DNA of 64,000 nucleotides from Spirochaetaceae bacterium (GCA_051531975.1 JAOPTT010000005.1:128001-192000), one strand, 5' to 3'. Numbered from the stretch's first letter, positions 39,493 through 49,537 are shown. Made by a program: numbers and translations. Notes: a model not told the origin generated them from the sequence alone.

Positions 39493-42400
39493 CTAGACTT
39501 CACACTCACGATAATCACATCGTAAACATCTCTTTACCTCATCAAGGATTTTATCTTCCCAGTTGACTCCACGATTAACTAAAAGAAAGTTCTTAATTCT
39601 ATCTTCTGCAGCTGAATATTCAACTTCAACTCTATCGGATTCAACAGGATCGACATCTGAATTAAAATAAACATCAGGAGAAATTGTTTTTTGCCATGAA
39701 AAGTTTTTAATAATACCAGGATTCAAATATTTTTCAATTGATACACCTACTTTCTCACCCTGTCCAATAGCCACTGCAAGATTTGCCAGACCTAGAACAT
39801 CTCCAGCAGCAAATACTTTAGGATCTGAAGTTTGAAAAGTATCTTTATCTACTTTTATTGAACCATTTCTATTTTTCTGGAGACCTTCAGCAAAAGAAAA
39901 ATCAATTACTTGAGAAATAGCAGGGATCAGGTAATCACATTCATATTCCACAATGCTCTCTTCTCCGTCCAAAGGACTTGGACTTTTTCTTCCTGAAGAA
40001 TCAAATCCACCTAAAGACTGTTTTCGACATCGAATTGCTTTGACTTTTCCATCTGAAACTATAATCTCATCTATATCAGTTAATTCTACAGGATTAATAC
40101 CCTCTTCTATTAATTCTGATATTTCCTCTTCCTCTGCTGGCATCTCATCAATTGTCCTTCGGTATGCCAGAGTTATCTTTTTTGCACCTAGGCGCAGAGC
40201 GGTTCTTGCAACATCTACTGCTGTACTTCCACCCCCAATAATAACAATATTACCTTCAACTTTCTTAAGATCATTATGTGCTACCATCCATAAGAAGTCA
40301 GTTCCACCAATGATCCCTTCAGCTTCCTCACCACTCATGTTCAGTTTTTTGCTTTCCCAACCACCAACTGTAATTACTACAGCATCATGTTCTTCTTTAA
40401 TCTGATCCATGGTAATGTCTTTACCAACAAGTGTAGATAATTTACAATCCACACCCATTTCTATAATATTATTTATCTCATTATTCAATAAAGCCTTAGG
40501 ATATCTGTATTCGGGAATCCCATACATCATCATCCCTCCTAATTTTTCCTGGCCTTCATAAATAGTTACATTATGTCCTAACCTTTTTAGGAAAAATGCA
40601 GCAGTTAATCCTGCAGGACCTCCACCAATTATTGCAATGTTCTTTATCTGGGAAGCTGTCCTAGTCATAATTGGTGGCATAGGATAAACACCCTGTTTTC
40701 CACCTTTTTCAGTCATGAAACGTTTAACTTCCCGGATAGCCAATGGAGCATCCAGGGTATCTCGACGACATTTTGTCTCACAAGGATGTGTACAGGTCAA
40801 CCCACATGCTATTGGGAACGGGTTTCTATCCAGATGGGAAATAAGGGCTTCTTCATACCTTTTTTCAGATGTTAATGCGACAAAAGCTGGAACATTTACA
40901 CCTGCAGGACAGGCATTTTGACAAGGGGCATATACTAACTCTGTACACACTCCTGCTGGACATTTTTTATCTCTTATATGAGCTTCATATTCCTCTCGGA
41001 AATTTTTAATAGTTGATAATACTGGATTTGGTGCAGTTTGACCTAATCCACATATAGCTGTAATTTTAATATCTTCACCAAGGCTGATAAGCTCTTCAAT
41101 ATCTCCCTCTTTTCCTTGACCATTTGATATACGATTTAAAATATCCAGCATCTGTTTTGTTCCTATACGACACGGAGGACATTTTCCACAAGATTCATCC
41201 TGGATAAATTCCATAAAGAACTTTGCTAGGTCAACCATACAGGTATCTTCGCTCATAACAATTAAACCACCAGAACCCATCATGGCTCCAGCTTGTTTTA
41301 AAGATTCATAATCAATTGATACATTGAGTTTGTTTTTAGGTAGACATCCACCTGACGGGCCACCAATCTGGGCAGCTTTGAAATCTTTAGCATCAATAAC
41401 ACCACCTCCGATATCAAAAATTATCTCGCCTAGAGTAATACCCATAGGAACTTCTATTAAACCTACATTTTTAACTGCACCGGCTAATGCAAAAATCTTT
41501 GTACCTTTGGATTTTTCTGTACCTATTGTATTTAATTTATCTGCACCAAGGCGGATAATGTGAGGTATATTTCCAAACGTTTCTACATTATTTACAAGGG
41601 TAGGGCAGTCCCATACTCCTTTTTGGGCAGGAAATGGTGGCTTTGGCCAAGGTTCACCTCTTTTACCTTGAATGGAATTGATTAATGCAGTCTCTTCTCC
41701 ACAGACAAATGCTCCTGCTCCCATTCGTATTTCGATATCAAAATTAAAATTTGTATTACAGATATTGCCACCTAATAATCCGTATGACCTGGCCTGTTTT
41801 ATTGCTAGATCAAGTCTATCAATTGCCAGTGGATATTCTGCTCTACAGTAGATGTATCCTCTCTCTGCACCAATAGCAAATGCAGCTAGAGCCATGCCTT
41901 CAAGGATAGTGTGGGGTAAATCCTCAAGTTGGCTTCTATCCATAAAAGCCCCCGGATCACCTTCGTCAGCGTTACATACTACATACTTTTTTCCATTGTC
42001 AGATTTTGATTTAGCAGTAATCTGCCATTTTAAACCGGTTGGAAAACCACCACCACCACGGCCTCGAAGTCCTGAATCTATAACTGAGGTTACAACATCT
42101 TCAGGTTTCATTGATGTAATAGCCTTAAGCAGTCCGTTATATCCACCAACTGCAATATATTCATCAATCTCTTCAGGGTTTATAAGTCCCGCATAATCCC
42201 GGGCAAATATTTGTTGTTTCCCAAAAAATGGAATATCTTTCATTTCCATAACTGGTTTGTTTGTATTTGGATCTTTATATACTAATGTCCCTACAGTATC
42301 ACCATTTATCAGATGGCTGGTTACTATTTCACTAGCATTTTTAGGTTCGATTTTTGTATAAAGAACACCGTCAGGATATATCATAACCAGGGGTTCCAAT

Positions 42401-42642
42401 TCACACATTACATTGTTCCCTGTTTTTATAATTTCCACTTTATTACTTAGTTCTTTATCTTTGTTAACTTCAGCAGTTATTGCTGCTGCTACTTTTTCAC
42501 AATCCTGGGATGGATTCCCGGTACCACCACAGACTAAAATGAATTTCCTGTCTGTTTTTGCACCAATTTTCCGAGGAAGCATTTTCTCTCTATTTGTCTC
42601 TACAATTTTTTCCAGATCAATTAAACTCTTTATCATACACAT
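39493..42642 (-). CDS. NuoF/HydB-like diaphorase fused to a GltD/NfnB-like FAD oxidoreductase
   Basis: GLRGRGGGGFP, CNADEGDPG, CGEETAL and ESCGKCPPCR, followed by PCQNACP, IIGGGPAGL and IIGGGSTAVD...YRRT. Confidence 0.92.
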   Translation of the reverse strand: MCMIKSLIDLEKIVETNREKMLPRKIGAKTDRKFILVCGGTGNPSQDCEKVAAAITAEVNKDKELSNKVEIIKTGNNVMCELEPLVMIYPDGVLYTKIEPKNASEIVTSHLINGDTVGTLVYKDPNTNKPVMEMKDIPFFGKQQIFARDYAGLINPEEIDEYIAVGGYNGLLKAITSMKPEDVVTSVIDSGLRGRGGGGFPTGLKWQITAKSKSDNGKKYVVCNADEGDPGAFMDRSQLEDLPHTILEGMALAAFAIGAERGYIYCRAEYPLAIDRLDLAIKQARSYGLLGGNICNTNFNFDIEIRMGAGAFVCGEETALINSIQGKRGEPWPKPPFPAQKGVWDCPTLVNNVETFGNIPHIIRLGADKLNTIGTEKSKGTKIFALAGAVKNVGLIEVPMGITLGEIIFDIGGGVIDAKDFKAAQIGGPSGGCLPKNKLNVSIDYESLKQAGAMMGSGGLIVMSEDTCMVDLAKFFMEFIQDESCGKCPPCRIGTKQMLDILNRISNGQGKEGDIEELISLGEDIKITAICGLGQTAPNPVLSTIKNFREEYEAHIRDKKCPAGVCTELVYAPCQNACPAGVNVPAFVALTSEKRYEEALISHLDRNPFPIACGLTCTHPCETKCRRDTLDAPLAIREVKRFMTEKGGKQGVYPMPPIMTRTASQIKNIAIIGGGPAGLTAAFFLKRLGHNVTIYEGQEKLGGMMMYGIPEYRYPKALLNNEINNIIEMGVDCKLSTLVGKDITMDQIKEEHDAVVITVGGWESKKLNMSGEEAEGIIGGTDFLWMVAHNDLKKVEGNIVIIGGGSTAVDVARTALRLGAKKITLAYRRTIDEMPAEEEEISELIEEGINPVELTDIDEIIVSDGKVKAIRCRKQSLGGFDSSGRKSPSPLDGEESIVEYECDYLIPAISQVIDFSFAEGLQKNRNGSIKVDKDTFQTSDPKVFAAGDVLGLANLAVAIGQGEKVGVSIEKYLNPGIIKNFSWQKTISPDVYFNSDVDPVESDRVEVEYSAAEDRIKNFLLVNRGVNWEDKILDEVKRCLRCDYRECEV

Positions 42643-43175
42643 GATACGGCCTCACTTTCACTGTAGGATTTTAATATTTGTTTTAATTTATTTGATTTAA
42701 CTCTTCGATGGGTATCATTATTTACCATTACTACAGGAGCAAGGGCACAAGCACCAACACATCTGACAATTTCCAGAGAGTACATACCATCGTCAGTAGT
42801 TTCACCGATATTAATGTCTAAATCATTTTGGAGCTTTTCAAGTAGGACTTTTCCACCACGAACAAAACAAGCTGTTCCCAGACATACTTTAACTGAATAT
42901 TTTCCTTTGGGAAAACGATTAAAAAAGGAGTAAAATGATGCTACCCCGGCAACTTTGATTACAGATGAATCTAGCTTCTTTGCTACGTATTTAATAACTT
43001 CTTTTGGAAGATAGCCAAAAATACTTTGTGCAATATAAAGTGCATTTATCATGTTGCCTTCCTGATCCTCATAGAGTTTCAGAATTTCATCAAGACGAGC
43101 ATACTTTTCTACCTCTGTTAATTCCTCACATTTACATCCCTCGGTCGCAACCTTTAATGGGTTTAATAGCGACAT
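42633..43175 (-). CDS. NuoE/HydC-like 2Fe-2S subunit
   Basis: VCLGTAC and RCVGACALAP. Confidence 0.93.
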   Translation of the reverse strand: MSLLNPLKVATEGCKCEELTEVEKYARLDEILKLYEDQEGNMINALYIAQSIFGYLPKEVIKYVAKKLDSSVIKVAGVASFYSFFNRFPKGKYSVKVCLGTACFVRGGKVLLEKLQNDLDINIGETTDDGMYSLEIVRCVGACALAPVVMVNNDTHRRVKSNKLKQILKSYSESEAVSCV

Positions 43176-43351
43176 ATATTTACCTCCTATATAAATTAAA
43201 ACTTAATAATAGTTCTCTTAATTCAAGATTCTATAAATTAAATATTTCATAATAGATAAATTAATATTCATGTTATTTTTATATTAGTGCCCACCTGAAT
43301 AGGACACAAGCATTTTTTTTTAAATAAAATTTAATAACTCGAATTAATGAT

Positions 43352-43389
43352 ACTAGGCCACAATATTTGATTAAATAGTGTGGGCTAGT
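43352..43389 (-). terminator. Stem-loop downstream of the GH99-like gene
   Basis: ACTAGGCCACAATATTT-GATT-AAATAGTGTGGGCTAGT imperfect inverted repeat. Confidence 0.55.
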
Positions 43390-43399
43390 TCATAATATG

Positions 43400-44545
43400 C
43401 TATTTTCTAATGCCCTCAGTTATCTCTTTTAAAATATCCAGGTATCTTGTTCCATAGTCTTCATATTTATAACCAGCCCCGTAATCCAGTCCACTTTCTG
43501 AAACATCTTTAGTTGTCTCTGGCTGTGTACCAGCAGTAGGTTCTATTTGTGAATCTTCATGCCATTCGTTAAATGATGTAATTAACATAATATTTCCACA
43601 ATTTTCATCTAGGTTAGGGAATGCTGCATCTTGTATCATCGCTTTAAAAACATCTCCATAACTAGAGCCTGACTCTTTATTAAAATATCTTGGAGCAGGG
43701 TGGTGGTTCGCTTCCATACGTACACCAGTATCAACATAACCAGGTGCAACTGAAGGTATAAAATGATAGCCATATTTTTTTGCCTTTTTCTTAGCGGCTG
43801 CATAAATTCTATTTAACTTTTTTATCTCTTTTTTAGTAGCACCATTTTTACCACCACCAACTGATTGTCCATATACATCGTAATTATTTACAGCATCGAG
43901 GTATCCACTTTTTGCAGCATTAATAAATACAAATAGGTCGTCACCAATAATATAGAGTTCAGGAAATTGCTCTTTTAATAACCGTAACTGATCGGCTCTA
44001 TCACCTTTAAAATACTCTCTAGTAAGGTACATGTATACAACCGGCTTACCATCAATTCTAAGATAGTTCGCATCACTAAAATAGTTATCTTTCAAATACT
44101 GCATATCTGTAAATAGGTTTGTATAATCAGGATTTTCAAAACTACCTAATCGACCTGCTGACTCGTATAGTATGGCATAATCTAACTTGTGTGCATTAGG
44201 ATGTGTCATTATATGGTCTTTTAAAGCCTTATCCTCTCCTCCGTTTGGTCCCCACCAGCTGGAAATCCAGAAATCAATTCCACTTTGCACACTCCACTCT
44301 ATATGTTGACTAATTACTTCAGGATCCATTGAGTCGTACTCTCCAAGTGCTGGGAGTTGCTGGGGATCAAGGTAAGTCCGAAATGTGTGGTCTATTGCTG
44401 TATGTGCTCCTCTTTCAACTCCGTACCATGGGTAGTAAAAAGCTCCAACTTTTAATTCTGTTATCTCTTTGCTACTCTTTTCTGTAATACAAGATAAGAA
44501 AAAAGGAATCATTATTGTTAAAATTGTAATACGTAGTAATTTCAT
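43400..44545 (-). CDS. GH99-like glycoside hydrolase lipoprotein
   Basis: Lipobox FLSC, AFYYPWY, G.YDS.D, SWWG and the catalytic-type ITSFNEWHE..QIEP. ATG at 44545 follows GGAG. Confidence 0.82.
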   Translation of the reverse strand: MKLLRITILTIMIPFFLSCITEKSSKEITELKVGAFYYPWYGVERGAHTAIDHTFRTYLDPQQLPALGEYDSMDPEVISQHIEWSVQSGIDFWISSWWGPNGGEDKALKDHIMTHPNAHKLDYAILYESAGRLGSFENPDYTNLFTDMQYLKDNYFSDANYLRIDGKPVVYMYLTREYFKGDRADQLRLLKEQFPELYIIGDDLFVFINAAKSGYLDAVNNYDVYGQSVGGGKNGATKKEIKKLNRIYAAAKKKAKKYGYHFIPSVAPGYVDTGVRMEANHHPAPRYFNKESGSSYGDVFKAMIQDAAFPNLDENCGNIMLITSFNEWHEDSQIEPTAGTQPETTKDVSESGLDYGAGYKYEDYGTRYLDILKEITEGIRK

Positions 44546-44567
44546 GTTAAATCTCCATTTAAATTTA

Positions 44568-44577
44568 TGATATATCA
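44568..44577. promoter_or_regulatory. TGATATATCA palindrome (putative GntR-family operator)
   Basis: Perfect 10-bp palindrome, also found at 47804 and 49528. Confidence 0.55.
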
Positions 44578-44689
44578 AATTATTTTATTCTATATATTGT
44601 GAACCAAAGAGATAGACCCTATCCTCAAAAACATGGGATTTTCCATCGGGATGTACTCATTTGATGGAAGAAAAGGTTTTAATCTCTCT

Positions 44690-46279
44690 CTATTTATGTA
44701 TTACGTTCTCTGATACTAATCTTACTAGCTCATCTGGTGTTACAACTTTTACATTGGAATCTAGACCATCTATAACATTTTGGATGTTGTCCAGACCGTT
44801 ACTCCAGGCGTGAACTAAAACAAGGGAGTAACCTTTGCCACTAGTTGGATCTTTATCATTTTTGTTAAGACTCTTAATTACAGACTCTTCGTTACAACCT
44901 CTTAAACCTTCCCACAACATCTCCCGGGGTGTAATTATCGGTTTATTATTGGACCAACGTATTTTACCTTTATGATATTTATGATTACTGTATTCCAGAT
45001 AGAATAGTGCATCAATATTCTCTTGTTTTGTATAGGTATCCCATATGCTATTTTTTTTAAATGATCCAAAATCAATGATTTCAACAACTCCTAAATCAGC
45101 CTGTCCCATTCTTTTATTAAGTCTCTCTGTATGGATAGATAGCGCCTCGGGACTGTAGTCACTTGGGTAGAGGTATCCACTACCGGAAGGTCCAACAACA
45201 AAATGATCCATTGAAGCTTCCTCGTAATACCGGTTAAGAATAGTTGGAGCAACGTCGAGCATTATTGGGGATGTAGCCCAACCCATTGGAATAGAAGCTC
45301 TTTTATCATTTCCCCACCATTTGGAATCGGAATATAAATCACCAAGCATCCATTGGATATTATCCCCATCACTCATTAAAAAAGAGACATAATGAACATC
45401 TTCTTCTACAATAGTTGTAACATTGTCCTTCTGCTTCATCTCTACAGCATCAAAGCCACTAAATACAGAGAGATTTCTAGTATGATCTGCCGGTATAGTA
45501 TAGAGATCACTTTTAGAGCTCATTCCAACAAATTTTTCTTCACCACCTTTAGCTCCCCAACCAAAAACTGGGACATCCTGATTAGTCCACATAGCCACCT
45601 CTTTTCTAAAAGAGGAGTTACCATCAAAGAATATATAAGCACCTGTAGCAACTGCAAAATCTCTTAATGCTGGAATAAGAACCTCTTTCTGTTCAAAGAC
45701 TATATCTCTGGAAAGTTGATTTTTATAGTTTTCAAAGACCCATTTATCATCTTTTCCTCGGACATCCTGAACCATAGTGAATCCGGCATCTTTTATTTTT
45801 TGTTCCAGTGATTCATCCACAGCTGGAGCCTTTAAGAGGGATACGAGACTGTTGGCAACATTAATAGACTGATCATTTAAAGACTGATTATCATGAGTCA
45901 ATTCTCCTACAGAGCAGAGGATGTATCCATCAATATACTGCTTAAATATTTCTAATACAGACCAAGGATCACTAATTTCCACTAACTTAACCCCTTTTGC
46001 AGCTAGATCCTCCAACCATACATCGTATCCTCCATAGTGAGGATGTAAATATATCTGGGTTGTTGAAAAGTTAGAAACTAATCCTTGTAAAGTACTAAAC
46101 AGCAGTTTCTCTTCAGTAGATAGTGTATTTGCATTTATAACAAGAAGCTTTTCTGCTTTTAAAATTCTATTGGTTACATCAGATAACTCAGCAGCTCTGT
46201 CTGCTGAATCTTTTGTTGTATATGATTTACAGCCCAATAAAGCTAACATTATAATAGCAATGTTCAATATATTTTTCAT
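44690..46279 (-). CDS. GxGYxYP-family putative glycoside hydrolase lipoprotein
   Basis: Lipobox LLGC, LQGLV, MSDGDN.QW and GSGYLYP. Confidence 0.85.
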   Translation of the reverse strand: MKNILNIAIIMLALLGCKSYTTKDSADRAAELSDVTNRILKAEKLLVINANTLSTEEKLLFSTLQGLVSNFSTTQIYLHPHYGGYDVWLEDLAAKGVKLVEISDPWSVLEIFKQYIDGYILCSVGELTHDNQSLNDQSINVANSLVSLLKAPAVDESLEQKIKDAGFTMVQDVRGKDDKWVFENYKNQLSRDIVFEQKEVLIPALRDFAVATGAYIFFDGNSSFRKEVAMWTNQDVPVFGWGAKGGEEKFVGMSSKSDLYTIPADHTRNLSVFSGFDAVEMKQKDNVTTIVEEDVHYVSFLMSDGDNIQWMLGDLYSDSKWWGNDKRASIPMGWATSPIMLDVAPTILNRYYEEASMDHFVVGPSGSGYLYPSDYSPEALSIHTERLNKRMGQADLGVVEIIDFGSFKKNSIWDTYTKQENIDALFYLEYSNHKYHKGKIRWSNNKPIITPREMLWEGLRGCNEESVIKSLNKNDKDPTSGKGYSLVLVHAWSNGLDNIQNVIDGLDSNVKVVTPDELVRLVSENVIHK

Positions 46280-46310
46280 GAGGTTTTCCTAAATGTATAT
46301 GATTAATTAG

Positions 46311-46343
46311 ATCTTTTAGCAGAGATGCGCTCTACTAAAAGAT
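46311..46343 (-). terminator. Stem-loop between the MFS and GxGYxYP genes
   Basis: ATCTTTTAGCAGAG-ATGCG-CTCTACTAAAAGAT. Confidence 0.55.
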
Positions 46344-46362
46344 AGTGATTATATTTCTTTAT

Positions 46363-47733
46363 TTAAATATGCGCAGCATGTTTTTCATTAATGCCTTTCT
46401 GAATCTCTCTTTCACGTTTAAGACCTAGGGGAACACATGCCAATAATATAATACCTACAGTAAGTATAGCAGCTGGAACAAACCCTGTTCCAATCCGAAT
46501 AGCTTGTACAACCTCAGGCGCCTGAACTTTAACAGTGCCGTCATAACCTGTAGCTGATAATAACGTACTTAAAATTAAAGGTTGAAAACTTGCCGCTGGA
46601 ATCATTACAACAGCCATAATACCTCTAACAACACCTGGTTGTCTTTTTCCTGTCTTTAACTCTATGTGGTCTATTACTAAACCAGCAAGAGGTTCATTTA
46701 TTGCAGATGGGAAAGCAAAACCTAATAGAATTACAATATAAGCAGCTGCTGCTACCCAGTAATTTATTTGAAAACCTAGGATTGCAAATCCTATAACAGA
46801 GATAATTAATCCTTTCCAAAGAGTTCTTAGAGCTCCATTCTTTCTAACAGCCAGTACTACTAATGGTAAAATTGCCATTTGAGCAAAACCGGTAATAAGA
46901 TCCGGAATAGTTGCTTTTAAACCTGATACAAGGACTACATTATCCATATAGTATATATATCCTGCAAAGTAGTTTCCTGTCGCTGCCTGAATGAATAAAA
47001 ATGCTGTGATAAATAGCAGGAATGTTCTATCAGTAAAAAGTTCTTTTCCAAGTCTAAACAGTTGTTTTAGACCTCTTGTTACTTCCAGTTTTTCATAAAA
47101 CTTAGGATCTTCCTTAACAAATTTAGAACCAAACCATACAAGAGCAAGACCTAAGAGAATAGATACTGAAAAAATTGCAACAAGTGTTCCTTGAGAATAA
47201 TCTCCAGTTAAGAACCATATTGGGATCATACCACCTAAGAAAGTAGGGATCATCTTAACATAACTACCAATAACCTGAACTTCTGTCCTGTCATCCATTG
47301 ATATAAAAGTATTAACAGTAAATGCCATAAAACTAACGTTTAGTAGTGTTTGAGCTCCTTCATAAATTACCAATAAAACAAGTAGTGATACCGCTATTAG
47401 CATTTGACTCCAACTAGGAGGTGATAACAATATTAATATCATAGGTATACCAATTACAGGAATTGAATAACGTATTAGCGGTTTATATTTACCTATACCC
47501 TTCCTGAATGGTTGTTTATCAGCCCAATAACCAATAACAGGATCGTTTACACCATTCCAAATACTAAAAATAAGAAAAACTAAACCGTACATAGCAGGGC
47601 TTAATCCAACAACATCAGTAAAGTATTTCATAAGTGAACTATTAACTATAATAGAAATCCATACTCCACCACCTCCTACAAGATTTAAGAGAATCATTTT
47701 TGGTATAGTATAATACCCCTTTTTTTTACCCAT
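46363..47733 (-). CDS. MFS glycoside-pentoside-hexuronide (GPH) symporter
   Basis: YFTDVVGL, WNGVNDP..G..AD, D..ELKTG.R..G and about 12 TMs. Confidence 0.88.
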   Translation of the reverse strand: MGKKKGYYTIPKMILLNLVGGGGVWISIIVNSSLMKYFTDVVGLSPAMYGLVFLIFSIWNGVNDPVIGYWADKQPFRKGIGKYKPLIRYSIPVIGIPMILILLSPPSWSQMLIAVSLLVLLVIYEGAQTLLNVSFMAFTVNTFISMDDRTEVQVIGSYVKMIPTFLGGMIPIWFLTGDYSQGTLVAIFSVSILLGLALVWFGSKFVKEDPKFYEKLEVTRGLKQLFRLGKELFTDRTFLLFITAFLFIQAATGNYFAGYIYYMDNVVLVSGLKATIPDLITGFAQMAILPLVVLAVRKNGALRTLWKGLIISVIGFAILGFQINYWVAAAAYIVILLGFAFPSAINEPLAGLVIDHIELKTGKRQPGVVRGIMAVVMIPAASFQPLILSTLLSATGYDGTVKVQAPEVVQAIRIGTGFVPAAILTVGIILLACVPLGLKREREIQKGINEKHAAHI

Positions 47734-47802
47734 CTATTCCTCCGATGTTATATAATCATTCAATATTATTTTCATTGTAAAATCTTTAATAAAAAACATT
47801 CA

Positions 47803-47843
47803 ATGATATATCATATGTTTGATTATTATTATTTGATATAACA
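47803..47843. promoter_or_regulatory. Paired TGATATA(T/A)CA sites
   Basis: ATGATATATCAT at 47803-47814 and TGATATAACA at 47834-47843. Confidence 0.55.
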
Positions 47844-47924
47844 TTAACATGAATAACTTAGATGTCAAGATAAAGATATTATAAACTTTGAAGTAGGAGA
47901 GAGTAATACATAGTATTGCTCTTT

Positions 47925-49433
47925 TTAATACTGCTCACTTTTTAGTACCATGAGGTTATAATCCCAAGCCTGTTTATATTTCTGGAACCTGAAACTTTTG
48001 ACATCAGATGGTTTATAACTTCTGTTTGATCTGGAAAAAGCTTCCCACCAGAACTTACCCCAATGAGTCTTAGTCTCGTCCCACTCATCTCGGTTTTTAA
48101 CCATTTTATCCCTTAGAGTTTTAATTACGTCCCTATATTCTGGATTAGAAGCTAGGTTTTTAATCTCTAGAGGATCATTTTGAAGATCAAAGAGTTGGGT
48201 TTTTAAATGTTTACCCCTAAGAACATACTCTATTAGTTTGTACTGTTTAGTTTTAACTCCACGTTGGTATCTACTATATACTAGATATAGATCGTCTCTC
48301 ACCGACTCTTTTTTTCCATAGATTAGAGGCATCAGACTCTTTCCATCCACAGTTTCCGGGGTGGACAGTCCTGAATAATCACACAGTGTAGGATAAATAT
48401 CATAGAGATAAACCATTGAATCCAATTGTACATTCTCTGGAATTCCAGGACCGGAAAATATAAGAGGAACCCGGACACTATGTTCATGACAACTCTGTTT
48501 TCCCATTAAACCATGTTGTCCCAGTGCTAAACCATTATCCCCAGCAAGAACTATAATTGTACTCTCTAGAAGGTTTTGGTTCTGGAGCTCATCTAATACA
48601 CGACCTATCTCATAATCTAAATGACTTATCATTCCATAATATTCAGCTATATGTTCTTTTACTTCATCTGGTTTCCTCGGGTATGATGCCAGTTTTTCAT
48701 CCCTATTTCCAAGCCCACCATTATTAAACGGATATTTTTTAAGAAAGTTTTTTGGTAACTCTATGGTATTAGGATCATACATTTTTTTAAAATTATCAGG
48801 CATAGTTCTTGGATCGTGGGGAGCTAAAAATGATAGATACATAAAAAATGGATTTGATTCATCACGCTCTTTCAAATAATCTATTCCTGCCTGGGCAATT
48901 ATTTCACTGGAGTGACGGCCTTTGTAGCAGTAATCATACTTATGTGTTTTTGTTTTATTCGTTTTAAAAGGATTAGTAATATAACGACCATTACCCTGGT
49001 ATTTACCAGTTGAATCATAATCATACATTGGTACATTCCAATGATCTGCCATACCTCCAAAAAAGATATGTGAGCCTCTGTTATGGTTACGATTAAAGGA
49101 TTTTTTCCCATTATGCCATTTTCCACTACCAAATGAGTCATAACCTGAACTTTGTAATTTTTCACCTAGTGTAGTCTGATCTTCAGCTATGGATTCACCA
49201 GCGTCTTTAATTCTGAATAGAGATCGACCAGTAAATAACATTGCTCTACTTGGCATACATACTGCTCCATGAGTTCCTCCAGGAATATGAGCCTGGGTAA
49301 ACGATGTTCCTTTTTTTACAAGACGATCCATATTAGGTGTTATTATATTAGGATTTCCTAGGGCTGCAATTGTATCGAAACGTTGATCATCTGTGAAAAG
49401 AACAACAATATTAGGACGTTTTTCTGTACTCAT
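47925..49433 (-). CDS. Cys-type S1 sulfatase, cytoplasmic
   Basis: RPNI...TDDQ, CMPSRA (CxPxR), GKWH, APHDP and DNG. No signal peptide. Confidence 0.92.
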   Translation of the reverse strand: MSTEKRPNIVVLFTDDQRFDTIAALGNPNIITPNMDRLVKKGTSFTQAHIPGGTHGAVCMPSRAMLFTGRSLFRIKDAGESIAEDQTTLGEKLQSSGYDSFGSGKWHNGKKSFNRNHNRGSHIFFGGMADHWNVPMYDYDSTGKYQGNGRYITNPFKTNKTKTHKYDYCYKGRHSSEIIAQAGIDYLKERDESNPFFMYLSFLAPHDPRTMPDNFKKMYDPNTIELPKNFLKKYPFNNGGLGNRDEKLASYPRKPDEVKEHIAEYYGMISHLDYEIGRVLDELQNQNLLESTIIVLAGDNGLALGQHGLMGKQSCHEHSVRVPLIFSGPGIPENVQLDSMVYLYDIYPTLCDYSGLSTPETVDGKSLMPLIYGKKESVRDDLYLVYSRYQRGVKTKQYKLIEYVLRGKHLKTQLFDLQNDPLEIKNLASNPEYRDVIKTLRDKMVKNRDEWDETKTHWGKFWWEAFSRSNRSYKPSDVKSFRFQKYKQAWDYNLMVLKSEQY

Positions 49434-49495
49434 TTTCCACTCCAAATAAGATTGAATTTAATAATTGACAGGTAATTATTTTGTGTTGTATTAAA

Positions 49496-49537
49496 TGTTA
49501 TATCACCCATTATGGCATCTGTAAAGCTGATATATCA
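49496..49537. promoter_or_regulatory. Paired TG(A/T)TATATCA sites upstream of the sulfatase
   Basis: TGTTATATCA at 49496-49505 and TGATATATCA at 49528-49537. Confidence 0.55.

Noticed and set aside
39953..42700. Several plus-strand ORFs of 68-150 aa opposite the hydrogenase beta subunit
   Set aside because: Antisense shadows with Ser/Pro/Ile-rich low-information sequence. The same applies to the other short overlapping ORFs in the track.
37689..43175. Absence of hydEFG maturases
   Set aside because: Maturases are frequently encoded elsewhere in the genome.
43235..43252. Rex-like operator upstream of the hydrogenase (AAATTAAATATTTCATAA)
   Set aside because: Too many mismatches to TTGTGAA-N4-TTCACAA in an AT-rich context.
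44600..44690. Possible riboswitch or ncRNA (TTCCATC...GATGGAA hairpin)
   Set aside because: Only a short stem, and no family signature that I can recognise.
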